Source: Pecten maximus (taxonomy: Eukaryota). From it: a DNA stretch of 64,000 bases. The stretch covers positions 42,904,001-42,968,000 of the forward strand of contig NC_047017.1 of NCBI RefSeq assembly GCF_902652985.1, in the 5' to 3' direction. The translations under genes and the position numbers were made by a program. Shown in pieces: positions 63,876 to 64,000 of the stretch. A model generated the notes under the pieces. That model was not told the DNA's origin. It saw only the letters and a list, made by a program, of their open reading frames with translations, and did no database searches. Positions within the stretch are counted from its first letter, which is position 1; the number at the start of each line of letters is the position of its first letter.

Positions 63876-64000
63876 CAATAATTATGTGGTTTATTAGTGT
63901 CCTTGTCAGGTTTGGAATTGGAATAATTGTAGATTCCTTCCAAGACTCTGGGATATTTCCGGAAGCATATACTTGATTAAAAATATATAGGAGACATCGT

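Noticed and set aside
63650-63943. 97-aa minus-strand ORF
   Set aside because: Antisense shadow of the degenerate plus-strand LINE RT fragment.

Overview
Eukaryotic, AT-rich, intron-rich genomic DNA. The repeat landscape (Helentron-type elements carrying internal tandem repeats, tRNA-derived SINEs, abundant ACATGT) points to a bivalve mollusc; this is inference. Spliced genes were reconstructed by hand from GT-AG boundaries with consistent codon phase. They are: the 5' part of TALPID3/KIAA0586 (- strand, running off the left end); a cluster of three divergent TIMM9-like small-Tim paralogs (+, -, +), the third with a 1-nt frameshift; a complete PNO1 (-); and a complete KPTN/kaptin (+). The PNO1 and KPTN start codons are only 67 bp apart. 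The huge ORFs at 1.6-7.4 kb are artefacts of a 42-bp satellite in a TALPID3 intron. Most notable findings: (i) a three-LTR miniature LTR retrotransposon (TRIM) in KPTN intron 1, whose LTRs each contain a tRNA-like Pol III cassette, with a Lys-type PBS, a PPT and a 4-bp TSD; (ii) the Tim9 triplication, attached to a TALPID3-TIMM9 head-to-head pair also found in human; (iii) the ultra-compact PNO1/KPTN bidirectional promoter; (iv) a possible Penelope-type minimal hammerhead motif present in two copies.
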